Source of the DNA: Rhodoluna sp.
Lineage (GTDB): Bacteria > Actinomycetota > Actinomycetes > Actinomycetales > Microbacteriaceae
Assembly (NCBI GenBank): GCA_044232805.1
Contig: JBIILG010000001.1
Coordinates: 32,898-96,897 of the forward strand
Direction of reading: 5' to 3'
Length of the DNA stretch: 64,000 nt
The translations under genes were made by a program, and so were the position numbers. This document shows positions 29,193-38,127 of the stretch, piece after piece (the stretch's first letter is position 1; every line of letters starts with the position of its first letter). The notes under the pieces were generated by a model. The model saw only the letters and a list, made by a program, of their open reading frames with translations. It did no database searches and was not told the DNA's origin.

Positions 29193-30146
29193 ATGGATCT
29201 GCTGTTTCCAATTAAATGGGTAATTGAGCTGATTTTGGTCAGTTTTCACACCTTTTTCACCTTTTTTGGCATAGCCGCAGAGTCTGGTTTGAGCTGGGTT
29301 TTGGCCATTGTTGGCCTAGTTCTGGTCGTTCGATCAGCTCTTATCCCACTGTTTGTTAAGCAGATTAAATCTCAGCGAAACATGATGCTAGTCCAGCCAG
29401 AGCTTCAGAAGCTCCAAAAGAAATACAAGGGCAAAAACGACCGTGAATCCAGAGAGAAGTTTGCCAAAGAGCAGATGGATCTATACAAAAGAACCGGATC
29501 TAACCCCCTGAGCTCCTGCCTTCCAATCTTGGTTCAAATCCCTATCTTTACGGGCCTTTTCTTCGTTTTGAACGACGCCCAGGCCCAAAAATCTGGTGTC
29601 GGCCTAATGAACTCCACCCTTGCAACCCAGTTCTCAGACGCCACCCTCCTCGGCGCAAAGCTCTCTGAAACCTTCCTGACCGCTACCGGAATCGAAGTCC
29701 AAATCCTGGCTGGAATCATGGTGGTTTTGATGTCTGCATCTCAGTTCATCACCCAGAAGCAGATCATCGCCAAGAACCAGAATCCTGATGTCCAAAACAG
29801 CCAATACATGCAGACCCAGAAGATCCTGTTGTACGTGTTCCCTCTAATCTTCGTAATCTCCGGAGTCTCCTTCCCTATTGCGGTTATCTTTTACTGGCTA
29901 ACCTCTAACTTCTGGACCATGGGCCAGCAGTTCATTGTTATCCGCAACATGCCAACAGCAGGCTCCCCGGCATATCACGCCCGTATCAAGCGCTTAGCCA
30001 AGAAGGGCAAGCTTCCGAAGGAACTTCAGGAAAAGAAGGACACCGACGACGCTGCCCAGGCAGCAGCTGAAGCAGCCGAAAAGGCTCAACGAGACCAGCC
30101 AGTTTCAAAGAAACGGGCCAAAAAAGACCAGAAAAAGAAGAAGTAG
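29193..30146 (+). CDS. yidC: Membrane protein insertase YidC (short Gram-positive type, Lys-rich C-terminal tail)
   Basis: 317-aa ORF with conserved TM blocks (ALIPLFVKQIKSQRNM, NPLSSCLPILVQIPIF) and synteny with rnpA/yidD/jag. Confidence 0.9.
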   Translation: MDLLFPIKWVIELILVSFHTFFTFFGIAAESGLSWVLAIVGLVLVVRSALIPLFVKQIKSQRNMMLVQPELQKLQKKYKGKNDRESREKFAKEQMDLYKRTGSNPLSSCLPILVQIPIFTGLFFVLNDAQAQKSGVGLMNSTLATQFSDATLLGAKLSETFLTATGIEVQILAGIMVVLMSASQFITQKQIIAKNQNPDVQNSQYMQTQKILLYVFPLIFVISGVSFPIAVIFYWLTSNFWTMGQQFIVIRNMPTAGSPAYHARIKRLAKKGKLPKELQEKKDTDDAAQAAAEAAEKAQRDQPVSKKRAKKDQKKKK

Positions 30147-30155
30147 GAAACCAAG

Positions 30156-30650
30156 ATGGCAGATTTAGAAGAAAGCAAAGAAAGAACTGTAAAGCAGCTC
30201 GAGGAAGAAGGCGACATCGCCGCTGACTATCTCGAAGAACTACTTGACATAACAGATTTGGATGGCGATATTGATATCGATGTCCGTGAGGGCAGAGCCT
30301 ATCTAGCGGTCACCGCTAGTAAGGATTCCAACCTAGCTTTGGTCTCCCATCCGGACACCGTCGAGGCTCTTCAGGAACTAACCCGTCTCGCTGTCCAGGT
30401 CAAGACCTCTAGCTATTCCCGCCTGATCCTCGATGTTGGCGGCTCACGACAGGCCAAGATCGACCAGCTCACCAAAGTGGTTGAGAAGTTCATCAGCCAG
30501 GTGAAAGAAACTGGCGAGCCAAAGCACCTTAAGCCAATGAGCTCTTATGAGAGAAAACTTGCCCACGACTTGATCGGCGAAGCTGGTTTGAGCTCGGAGT
30601 CCGAAGGCGAAGGACGCGACCGCCACATCGTAATTTCCAAGCCTGAATAG
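30156..30650 (+). CDS. jag: Jag/KhpB-like RNA-binding protein (KH plus R3H domains)
   Basis: 164-aa ORF. The C-terminus, PMSSYERKLAHDLIGEAGLSSESEGEGRDRHIVI, is an R3H motif. It sits in the conserved position after yidC. Confidence 0.85.
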   Translation: MADLEESKERTVKQLEEEGDIAADYLEELLDITDLDGDIDIDVREGRAYLAVTASKDSNLALVSHPDTVEALQELTRLAVQVKTSSYSRLILDVGGSRQAKIDQLTKVVEKFISQVKETGEPKHLKPMSSYERKLAHDLIGEAGLSSESEGEGRDRHIVISKPE

Positions 30651-30664
30651 TTTCACGTGAAACA
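30649..30664. promoter_or_regulatory. parS centromere-like site
   Basis: aGTTTCACGTGAAACA matches the TGTTNCACGTGAAACA consensus at 15 of 16 positions. Its central GTG (30657) is the predicted rsmG start. Confidence 0.85.
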
Positions 30665-31298
30665 ATTTGAGGCTGAGCCAGAATCAGCCAGGGCAATCTT
30701 TGGCCCCCAATTAGAGAAGGCCCGAGCCTTTGCCCAAAAGCTTGCTAACGACAGTGAAGACCTAGGTCTTCTTGGACCAAGGGAGCTGGACAAGCTCTGG
30801 TCCAGGCATATCCTGAATTCAGCTGTGGTGGCCGAAACCGTCAAACCAGGGGACCATGTTGCCGACGTCGGGTCAGGTGCAGGACTCCCAGGCATCCCAA
30901 TGGCAATTGCGTTGCCAGAGGCTCACTTTGTTCTGATTGAACCGATGGAACGAAGGTCTACTTGGATGTTAGAGGTAATTCAGGAACTGGGTCTGACCAA
31001 CGTTGAGGTTAGAAGAGCTAGGGCCGAAGAGGTCTTGGACCTAAAGTTTGACATCGTCACCGCGAGGGCGGTGGCCGCTCTGGATAAACTCCTTCGGCTG
31101 ACCGTGCCACTTCTAAAACCGGGGGGTTCTCTGATTGCCCTTAAGGGATCTAAAGCCGCCGAAGAAATAGAGGCCGCGAAGAAGCTCCAAAAGAAGCTGG
31201 GAATTGCTTCGTTTGAGATCCAAATTTGTGGTGAAAAGTTTCTCGCTGAGCCCACATCGGTAGTCAAAACTACGCTAGATTCTTCCAAGGAGAACTAA
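30657..31298 (+). CDS. rsmG: 16S rRNA (guanine527-N7)-methyltransferase RsmG (GidB)
   Basis: 213-aa ORF with LWSRHILNS, DVGSGAGLPGIPMA (SAM motif) and ARAVA, in the conserved position before parA. Confidence 0.92.
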   Translation: MKQFEAEPESARAIFGPQLEKARAFAQKLANDSEDLGLLGPRELDKLWSRHILNSAVVAETVKPGDHVADVGSGAGLPGIPMAIALPEAHFVLIEPMERRSTWMLEVIQELGLTNVEVRRARAEEVLDLKFDIVTARAVAALDKLLRLTVPLLKPGGSLIALKGSKAAEEIEAAKKLQKKLGIASFEIQICGEKFLAEPTSVVKTTLDSSKEN

Positions 31299-31432
31299 AT
31301 GTCAGAGCAGCCTTCAGAGACCACAGCGGTTACCAAACCGAGTGTTGTAAAGGGCCTGGGCTACCCTAACGGTCGACTTGAGAGTTCTCCACACCCCACA
31401 GGATGGCTTGTGGATAAGTCTGAGATTTCGGA

Positions 31433-31448
31433 GGTTTCACGTGAAACA
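31433..31448. promoter_or_regulatory. parS centromere-like site
   Basis: gGTTTCACGTGAAACA has a 15-nt core identical to the site at 30650-30664. Its central GTG (31441) is preceded by GGAGG at 31430-31434. Confidence 0.85.
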
Positions 31449-32355
31449 TCCCGATGATTTAGCGTCGAATTTGACCGACTTAGCTGATACTCCGCTGGCT
31501 CGAGAGCTTGTGGAAAACTCTCAACGTTTGGAGCAGGCCGGGTCTAAGGTTGTGGATAAACCTTTAACTACTCGAATCATCACTATTTCCAACCAAAAGG
31601 GTGGTGTGGGCAAAACAACTACCACAGTTAACTTAGCTTCTGCTCTTGCCTCTAAAGGTTTGAAGGTTCTGGTCGTAGATCTAGATCCACAGGGCAACGC
31701 GTCCACGGCCCTAGGAATTGATCACCACGCCGACATCAAGAGTATCTACGAAGTGCTAATTGACGATGTCCCTATGGCCCAAGTGGTTCAGGTAAGCACT
31801 GAGAGCCCAGGGGTTACCTGTGTGCCGGCTACCATCCATCTCGCCGGTGCCGAGATTGAACTCGTCTCCTTGGTCGCAAGAGAACAGCGCCTTCGCACTG
31901 CGATCGAGACGTATATTGCCTCAACCCCAACACCGCCAGATTTTGTTTTGATTGACTGCCCACCAAGCTTAGGTCTGCTAACCGTCAACGCATTTGTTGC
32001 GGCCAAAGAAGTTCTAATTCCAATTCAATGCGAGTACTACGCACTCGAAGGTTTAAGCCAACTTGTAAAGAGCATCGAGATGATCAAGAAGCACCTTAAC
32101 CCTTCACTTGAACTTTCGACAATCTTGCTAACGATGTATGACTCAAGAACAAAACTTGCTTCGCAAGTTGCGGACGAGGTAAAACTTCACTTTCCAAATC
32201 AAGTTCTTTCAACAATCATTCCAAGATCAGTTCGAGTTTCCGAAGCACCAAGTTATGGACGCACTGTAATTTCTTACGATCGAACATCACCAGGTGCAAT
32301 TGCATATCTGGAAGCAGCAATAGAAATGGCAAACAGAGGAGCAGTTCGTGGCTGA
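31441..32355 (+). CDS. parA: Chromosome partitioning ATPase ParA (Soj)
   Basis: It carries the deviant Walker [12 protein letters not shown], then VDLDPQGN and the C-terminal ParA blocks. The start is placed at GTG 31441, with GGAGG 6 nt upstream. The track ORF begins at TTG 31378, which is possible but has no SD. Confidence 0.9.
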   Translation: MKHPDDLASNLTDLADTPLARELVENSQRLEQAGSKVVDKPLTTRIITISNQKGGVGKTTTTVNLASALASKGLKVLVVDLDPQGNASTALGIDHHADIKSIYEVLIDDVPMAQVVQVSTESPGVTCVPATIHLAGAEIELVSLVAREQRLRTAIETYIASTPTPPDFVLIDCPPSLGLLTVNAFVAAKEVLIPIQCEYYALEGLSQLVKSIEMIKKHLNPSLELSTILLTMYDSRTKLASQVADEVKLHFPNQVLSTIIPRSVRVSEAPSYGRTVISYDRTSPGAIAYLEAAIEMANRGAVRG

Positions 32356-33280
32356 GAAAAAAGGCGGTCTCGGTAGAGGCATTGGTTCATTAATTCCAAC
32401 TTCAGATAAAACTACTGAACGACCGGTGGACATATTTTTTCCAGCCGGTGGAACAAGAGAACCAAACCTTGTTCCAGTTCCTGGTGCACGCTTTGGTCAC
32501 CTAGACGTTCAAGCAATTGTTCCTAACCCAAAACAACCAAGATCTGTTTTTGAACCAGTTGCTTTTTCAGAACTCGTTCATTCCATTCGCGAGCTAGGTG
32601 TTTTGCAACCGATTGTCGTAAGAGAAAAATCTGAAGGCAAATATGAATTGATCATGGGGGAGCGAAGACTTCGCGCATCCAAAGAAGCAGGACTGACAAA
32701 AATCCCTGCAGTTATTCGTGAAACAGCAGATGAGAACATGCTGCGCGATGCACTTCTAGAAAACCTTCACCGCAGTGATCTAAACCCACTCGAAGAAGCA
32801 AGTGCTTATTCGCAGCTCTTGGAAGATTTTGGAATTACTCAAGAACAGCTCGCTGAGCGCATTGGTAGATCGCGTCCACAAATCACCAACACCCTGCGTT
32901 TGTTGAAGTTACCGGCGAGCGTTCAAAGACAGGTCGCATCGGGCGTTTTATCTGCCGGTCACGCAAGGGCAATTCTTGGTGCAGCAGATGCATCGCGCAT
33001 GGAGTACTTCGCGACCAAAACAATAAACGAGGGTTTGTCAGTTAGATCTTTGGAAGAAATTGTTGGCATCGATAAGCCAGAAAACAAGAAGCCAAAAATT
33101 ATCCAGGGGACCCGTCAAGATCTTTTGAAGGAAATTGCCGAGGGACTTAGCGACCAGCTAAACACGACTGTGAAGATCGCTCTTGGTCGCAAGAAGGGTC
33201 AATTGATTATTGACTTCGCAACGGTCGCGGATTTGAACCGAATCTTGGATGAGATTGGTTATAAAAAAAAGGGCTTTTAG
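32348..33280 (+). CDS. parB: Chromosome partitioning protein ParB (Spo0J)
   Basis: 310-aa ORF with [16 protein letters not shown] (GERRxRA arginine patch) and an HTH region ([27 protein letters not shown]). It overlaps parA by 8 nt. Confidence 0.95.
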   Translation: MAEKKGGLGRGIGSLIPTSDKTTERPVDIFFPAGGTREPNLVPVPGARFGHLDVQAIVPNPKQPRSVFEPVAFSELVHSIRELGVLQPIVVREKSEGKYELIMGERRLRASKEAGLTKIPAVIRETADENMLRDALLENLHRSDLNPLEEASAYSQLLEDFGITQEQLAERIGRSRPQITNTLRLLKLPASVQRQVASGVLSAGHARAILGAADASRMEYFATKTINEGLSVRSLEEIVGIDKPENKKPKIIQGTRQDLLKEIAEGLSDQLNTTVKIALGRKKGQLIIDFATVADLNRILDEIGYKKKGF

Positions 33281-33431
33281 AATAACCACCCTCGGGGCCG
33301 ATACAGTTTCAGCCAAACATTAGATCCGAATCTCATTTCACCCACCCTGCACTTTCATGCCAATTTTGTCTGACACACCCGAATTATCGGAAACCCGGAA
33401 ATATTAGACATTAGAATTTTACGGAAGAAAG

Positions 33432-34028
33432 GTGAGCTGTATGTCGATACTAAGAGAACAACTACGTTGGGCAAAGAGAGGCTTTTCAGTACCAGCTCCC
33501 GGATTGGTAAAGCGTGGCTGCCTCACTAGACATGGATTTATAGACGCTACGTGGATTGAGACTGGAACTTTTTGGGGGGAGACCACCAACTTCTTATCAA
33601 AGACAGCCAAGCGAGTAGTAAGTATTGAGCCACAGCCAGAGTTATTCAAAAAGGCCCAGCAAAGATTTGCTGAAGTAAAGAACGTCGAAATCATAAACGG
33701 GCTAAGCGAAGATGTCTTTCCTGTTCTTTTGCCGACAATTCAAGGCAGAGTGAACTTCTGGCTAGATGGCCACTATTCCGCAGGACCCACACACCTCGGC
33801 CCTCAAGAGACTCCAATAGTTGACGAACTTAAAGCGATAACTGACAACATGAAAAACTTTCATGGGGTGTGTGTAATGGTTGATGATATCCGCCTTTTTG
33901 GTAACACCGCTTCTGCTTTGCAGGATCCGGCATATCCGGACATTGACGTTTTAGTGAATTGGGCCCGAGCAAATAATTTGCCGTGGACCATCGAGCAAGA
34001 TATTTTTATTGCAAAGACAATTCTGTAA
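33432..34028 (+). CDS. Putative SAM-dependent methyltransferase-like protein
   Basis: 198-aa ORF. WIETGTFWGETTNFLSKTAKRVVSIEPQPELF resembles a motif I/post-I arrangement, and LDGHYSAG...TPIVDEL resembles FkbM-like enzymes. The assignment is tentative. Confidence 0.4.
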   Translation: MSCMSILREQLRWAKRGFSVPAPGLVKRGCLTRHGFIDATWIETGTFWGETTNFLSKTAKRVVSIEPQPELFKKAQQRFAEVKNVEIINGLSEDVFPVLLPTIQGRVNFWLDGHYSAGPTHLGPQETPIVDELKAITDNMKNFHGVCVMVDDIRLFGNTASALQDPAYPDIDVLVNWARANNLPWTIEQDIFIAKTIL

Positions 34029-34109
34029 ATTTTTTCAAAATAGCATCTAGTCTCAGAATCCTAGACCGCGGGTCGCGAACAAAATTCCATTGATTACCTT
34101 TTGTGTCTT

Positions 34110-34433
34110 TTAGGCAAGGAATTCAGCAAGGTCAGCAACAATTGCCTGCTTAGGCTTTGCTCCAACCATTTGCTTGACCAGTTGGCCACCCTGAAAAATA
34201 CCCATAAGAGGGATTCCAGTAACGCCATATTGCATGGCTAGTTGTGGCTCTTCGTCCACGTTTACTTTTACGATTTCGATCTTGTCTGAGTACTCAGCTG
34301 CGATCTCGTCAAGGATTGGGGAAACCATGCGACATGGCCCACACCACTCGGCCCAGAAGTCCACCATTACCGGCTTCGGGTTTGACAGCACATCCGCCTG
34401 GAAAGAAGCGGTGGTTACATTCTTGGGTGCCAT
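34110..34433 (-). CDS. trxA: Thioredoxin
   Basis: 107-aa ORF with the WAEWCGPCR active site. Confidence 0.95.
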   Translation of the reverse strand: MAPKNVTTASFQADVLSNPKPVMVDFWAEWCGPCRMVSPILDEIAAEYSDKIEIVKVNVDEEPQLAMQYGVTGIPLMGIFQGGQLVKQMVGAKPKQAIVADLAEFLA

Positions 34434-34476
34434 GATTTCTCCTAAATAATCGATCTGTTCTAAATCTACTGCGAGC

Positions 34477-35400
34477 CTATGAGTTATCTGTGAGGAAATG
34501 CTCAGCGTCTAACGCTGCGACACAACCCGAACCCGCTGCTGTGATTGCCTGACGGTAGGTCGGGTCAATCACATCGCCACATGCAAAAACCCCAGGTAGC
34601 GAAGTCTTTGAGGTTCGACCATCTACCTTGATGAACTTGTCCTCAGTTAGTTCCAGCTGGTTCTCAACCAACCAGACTCGTGGGTCGTTTCCGATGGCAA
34701 TAAATAGGCCATCTAAATCCAGTTGGGACTCAGCTCCTGTCACCGTGTCCTTGAGTTTCACTCCGGTTAGCTTGCCTTCGCCAAGAAGCTCTTCAACGCC
34801 TGCGTTCCAGATGAACTCAATCTTGGGATTGGCCTTTGCCCTATCCTGCATAATCTTTGAGGCTTTGAGCTCATTCCTTCGGTGAATGACATAAACCTTT
34901 GATGCGAAACGGGTTAGGAAGTTAGCTTCCTCCATGGCGGAATCTCCCCCACCGACAACAGCAATAGTTTTTTCTCTAAAGAAGAAACCATCACAGGTTG
35001 CGCACCAGCTCACACCGTGACCAGAGAGCTCCTTTTCCTTAGGCAAACCAAGCTCACGGTAGGCAGCCCCGGTAGCCAAAATGACAGCCTTGGCTTCAAA
35101 GGTTTCTCCGGTGCCAATCTTGACGATCTTTGGGTTTGCCTTGAGGTCGACTTCCACCACGTCTTGTAACAAGATCTCTGTTCCGAAGCGTTCTGCTTGA
35201 GCCTGGAACTTCATCATTAGATCTGGTCCCATGAGTCCATCTGGGAAACCAGGGAAGTTTTCAACATCGGTGGTCTTCATAAGCTCACCGCCAGCTTCGA
35301 CACTGGAAGCAATAAGGAGAGGCTTCAGGCCTGCTCTTGCGGCATAGATTCCCGCGGTGTATCCGGCGGGGCCTGATCCGATAATGATGACTTCGCGCAT
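34477..35400 (-). CDS. trxB: Thioredoxin-disulfide reductase
   Basis: It has IIGSGPAGYTAGIYAAR (FAD), the CATCDG redox centre and GGGDSAMEEA (NADPH). The start is placed at ATG 35400 (MREVIIIGSG); the track ORF starts 12 codons upstream at 35436. Confidence 0.93.
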   Translation of the reverse strand: MREVIIIGSGPAGYTAGIYAARAGLKPLLIASSVEAGGELMKTTDVENFPGFPDGLMGPDLMMKFQAQAERFGTEILLQDVVEVDLKANPKIVKIGTGETFEAKAVILATGAAYRELGLPKEKELSGHGVSWCATCDGFFFREKTIAVVGGGDSAMEEANFLTRFASKVYVIHRRNELKASKIMQDRAKANPKIEFIWNAGVEELLGEGKLTGVKLKDTVTGAESQLDLDGLFIAIGNDPRVWLVENQLELTEDKFIKVDGRTSKTSLPGVFACGDVIDPTYRQAITAAGSGCVAALDAEHFLTDNS

Positions 35401-35452
35401 CTTCTTCTTTCTTAGTGTGGCGGCAATGGCGACCACTCAACAAGAACTAAGT

Positions 35453-37081
35453 TTAGCGACGCAGTATTCCGCGAATTCCCTTAAGGGCGCTATCTATTTC
35501 CCGAACACCTAGAAGCTTCAAAACCAAGACGTAAACAAGAAGCATGGCTGTTCCCGTGGCAACGATAACCATGAGAGCACCGGCTATAGAACCGAGGCCC
35601 AAACTGCCTTCAGCGGTTCCACCTAAGGCCAGAGTCATCCCGTAGCCAACCACAGCAGCAGTAACAGCTGCAACCAGCACCCTTAGTGTCAGGCCCTCAC
35701 CCTTTGGCGCAGTTCCAATGAGACCGATCCGTGCTCTTAAGAACAAGTAAGCAACCAGCGCCTGGATCAATATGGTTGCGCTGGTGAGCCCAGCAAGTGA
35801 CATAACCAAAAATTCAGAGGTCATAGTGAAAAACAAGGTGATTGAACCGGCGATGTGAATTGCTATCTGGATAGTTGTGAAAACAAATGGCGTTCTGGTG
35901 TCCTCAAGGGCAAAAAATGCCTTTTGAAACATGAACACCAAACCAAAGGGGACCAAACCAAACATGGTTGTAAACAACACGTTGCCTAAAGCAACTGTTG
36001 ATGGATACTCTCCAACAAACACCCTGGCAACCGGATAGCTAAGAAGAATAAGGGCTATTGACGAAAACACATTCACCAAAACAACCACTCGAAGAGCGGC
36101 ACGAAGATCAATCTTCATTAGATCGATTCTCTTGTCGTGAACATGCTCACTCATCTTTGTGAAGTAAGCCGTAGCTATCGAAACTGTCACTACGGAGTGA
36201 GGAAGCATGAAAAGCAACCAAGCAATCAACATGGCTGCAACTGATGCAATCGCTAGATCCTCTGATCTATCCGCTACTGCCCGAGACGCTACGAAGGTCT
36301 GAACCAAACCACCAATTTGTGAAACCAAGACCATTCCAATTGTCCAAGTGGCCGCCTTCATCGCGGGACGAAGTCCAACCCCTTGCCAAGAGAAGTTCAG
36401 CGAAAAATTTATTCCGATTTTCTTCCAAGACAAAAACAATATGAGTGCTTGGGATGCGACGCCCAAGGTTGCAGAACCTGCCAGAAGAGCAATTTGATCT
36501 GGTCCCCAACTTTCGACAGACCTAGCCCCGACTGGGTCCGCTCCAAAAACCACAAAGAAACCAATCAGACCAATTAGCGCAACAACGTTATTTAGAACTG
36601 GAGCCCACATGTAAGGACCAAATGCACTTCGAGCGTTTAAAACTTCCCCAAGCATCGCGTAAAGACCGTAGAAGAAAAGTTGCGGAATGCACCAGTAAGC
36701 AAACGCGGAAGCAAGTGCCAACTGAGCCGGAGACCATCCGGTTGTGTAAATGGAAATCAAGAAAGGTGCCGCGAGGGTAGCAACTACGGTCACCGAAGCA
36801 AAAACCACAATCGCCAAAGTTAATAGGCGGTCAATGTAGCCAAGGCCACCATCTTTGTGAGATCTAGCCTTTACTATCTGAGGTACCAGCACCGCAGACA
36901 GGACACCACCAGCGATAATCGCGTAAACGTTATTGGGAAGCTGGTTTGCAACTCCGAAGGCATCTGCGGCATCGGTAGTAACACCGATTGTTAGTGCCAA
37001 AACCACGGTGCGTATAAATCCAAGAATTCTGGAGGCTATTGTTCCACCGGCCATCAATAATGATGATTTGGCGACACTCAT
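35453..37081 (-). CDS. murJ: Lipid II flippase MurJ (MviN)
   Basis: 542-aa polytopic ORF with the N-terminal GTIASRILGFIRTVVLA and ANQLPNNVY blocks of the MurJ/MOP family. Confidence 0.88.
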   Translation of the reverse strand: MSVAKSSLLMAGGTIASRILGFIRTVVLALTIGVTTDAADAFGVANQLPNNVYAIIAGGVLSAVLVPQIVKARSHKDGGLGYIDRLLTLAIVVFASVTVVATLAAPFLISIYTTGWSPAQLALASAFAYWCIPQLFFYGLYAMLGEVLNARSAFGPYMWAPVLNNVVALIGLIGFFVVFGADPVGARSVESWGPDQIALLAGSATLGVASQALILFLSWKKIGINFSLNFSWQGVGLRPAMKAATWTIGMVLVSQIGGLVQTFVASRAVADRSEDLAIASVAAMLIAWLLFMLPHSVVTVSIATAYFTKMSEHVHDKRIDLMKIDLRAALRVVVLVNVFSSIALILLSYPVARVFVGEYPSTVALGNVLFTTMFGLVPFGLVFMFQKAFFALEDTRTPFVFTTIQIAIHIAGSITLFFTMTSEFLVMSLAGLTSATILIQALVAYLFLRARIGLIGTAPKGEGLTLRVLVAAVTAAVVGYGMTLALGGTAEGSLGLGSIAGALMVIVATGTAMLLVYVLVLKLLGVREIDSALKGIRGILRR

Positions 37082-37090
37082 AAGTTTCCC

Positions 37091-37594
37091 CTAGCTAGTT
37101 CTTGATTTACGCGATGTTCGAATAAATCCCACGACTGACAACAAAGCAACTAATCCAAAAAACAACCCTATTGCCCAAGCTTCAACATCGGGATTAACAG
37201 TGAGTTTGATTGGCACCTTTGGGCCGATTTCAACTCCACTAATCGAAGTCAACCAAGCCACCATAACCACATCGCCGCTACCGATTGCAGAAACTGGAAA
37301 CTGAGCGTTGACAGTTGAACCCGGTTGAATGATTAGCCAATGGGTTGTCTCCTCAACAATAAGTTTCGGGCTGGTAGAAACTAGGTGCACAATTACTCGC
37401 ACCGGATTACCCTGGCTATTATTCACAACCACCGGAAAACTTGATTCTCTAGCAACCAGCGTGATATCGGATCCGCCGAGAATCGAAACACCATCAGCGG
37501 GGACCACTGTTCTCTCAGCTGGGAATGCAGGCATTGCTGCCAACCCAAGTGAGGCAGCGATGGCAACAATTAGGACAATTGTTATTTTCTTCAA
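37091..37594 (-). CDS. Hypothetical exported protein with a signal peptide and a C-terminal TM anchor
   Basis: 167-aa ORF with an N-terminal signal-like MKKITIVLIVAIAASLGLAA, a beta-rich middle region, and a C-terminal hydrophobic helix followed by RTSRKSRTS. It sits immediately upstream of murJ. Confidence 0.5.
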   Translation of the reverse strand: MKKITIVLIVAIAASLGLAAMPAFPAERTVVPADGVSILGGSDITLVARESSFPVVVNNSQGNPVRVIVHLVSTSPKLIVEETTHWLIIQPGSTVNAQFPVSAIGSGDVVMVAWLTSISGVEIGPKVPIKLTVNPDVEAWAIGLFFGLVALLSVVGFIRTSRKSRTS

Positions 37595-38046
37595 CTTCGA
37601 ACCTCGATAAGTTCTAGAGCCACTTTGGCAATTCTTTTCTCATTTACATGAGAGAGCCTATTGATAAGCTCGCTCAATTTTACCCAAGCTAGTTCACTTG
37701 CCTCATGATTTGGATCGTGCTCCATGGTTAGCTCACCGGATACTTGATTCATTAGGTAGACGTGCACAGTTTTGGAGACGTTCTTACCTTTTTGATTAAA
37801 GGTGTAGCTCACATCCCCTAGGTAATCTGTGATCTCCGCACTCAGGCCCGTTTCTTCAAAAACCTCTCGGAGTGCTGCCTGCTCATTGGTTTCATTGGGC
37901 TCCAAATGTCCCTTTGGAATACACCATTCGAGTTTTCCACCACGATTAAACCTCGCCATAAGCGCCACCAGAGTGGAATCAGTTTTAGAAACCACAAAAC
38001 CACCAGCCGAGACTTCAACAACGGGAGCTGGCTTTTCACGGGTCAT
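37591..38046 (-). CDS. NUDIX hydrolase
   Basis: It carries the Nudix box GHLEPNETNEQAALREVFEETG. The start is placed at ATG 38046 (MTREKPAP). The longer track ORF (to 38133) would overlap the divergent cca start. Confidence 0.85.
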   Translation of the reverse strand: MTREKPAPVVEVSAGGFVVSKTDSTLVALMARFNRGGKLEWCIPKGHLEPNETNEQAALREVFEETGLSAEITDYLGDVSYTFNQKGKNVSKTVHVYLMNQVSGELTMEHDPNHEASELAWVKLSELINRLSHVNEKRIAKVALELIEVRS

Positions 38047-38127
38047 ATTGTTAAGCCTAACCTCAAGAACAAATGGGCCTATTTTGCCTGATAGAAACCA
38101 CCTATTCGTTGTGGCAAGGTTGAACAT

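Noticed and set aside
31410-31418. A perfect DnaA box (TGTGGATAA) just upstream of parA
   Set aside because: It is a single isolated 9-mer, so chance occurrence cannot be excluded. It is noted only as context for the parS observation.
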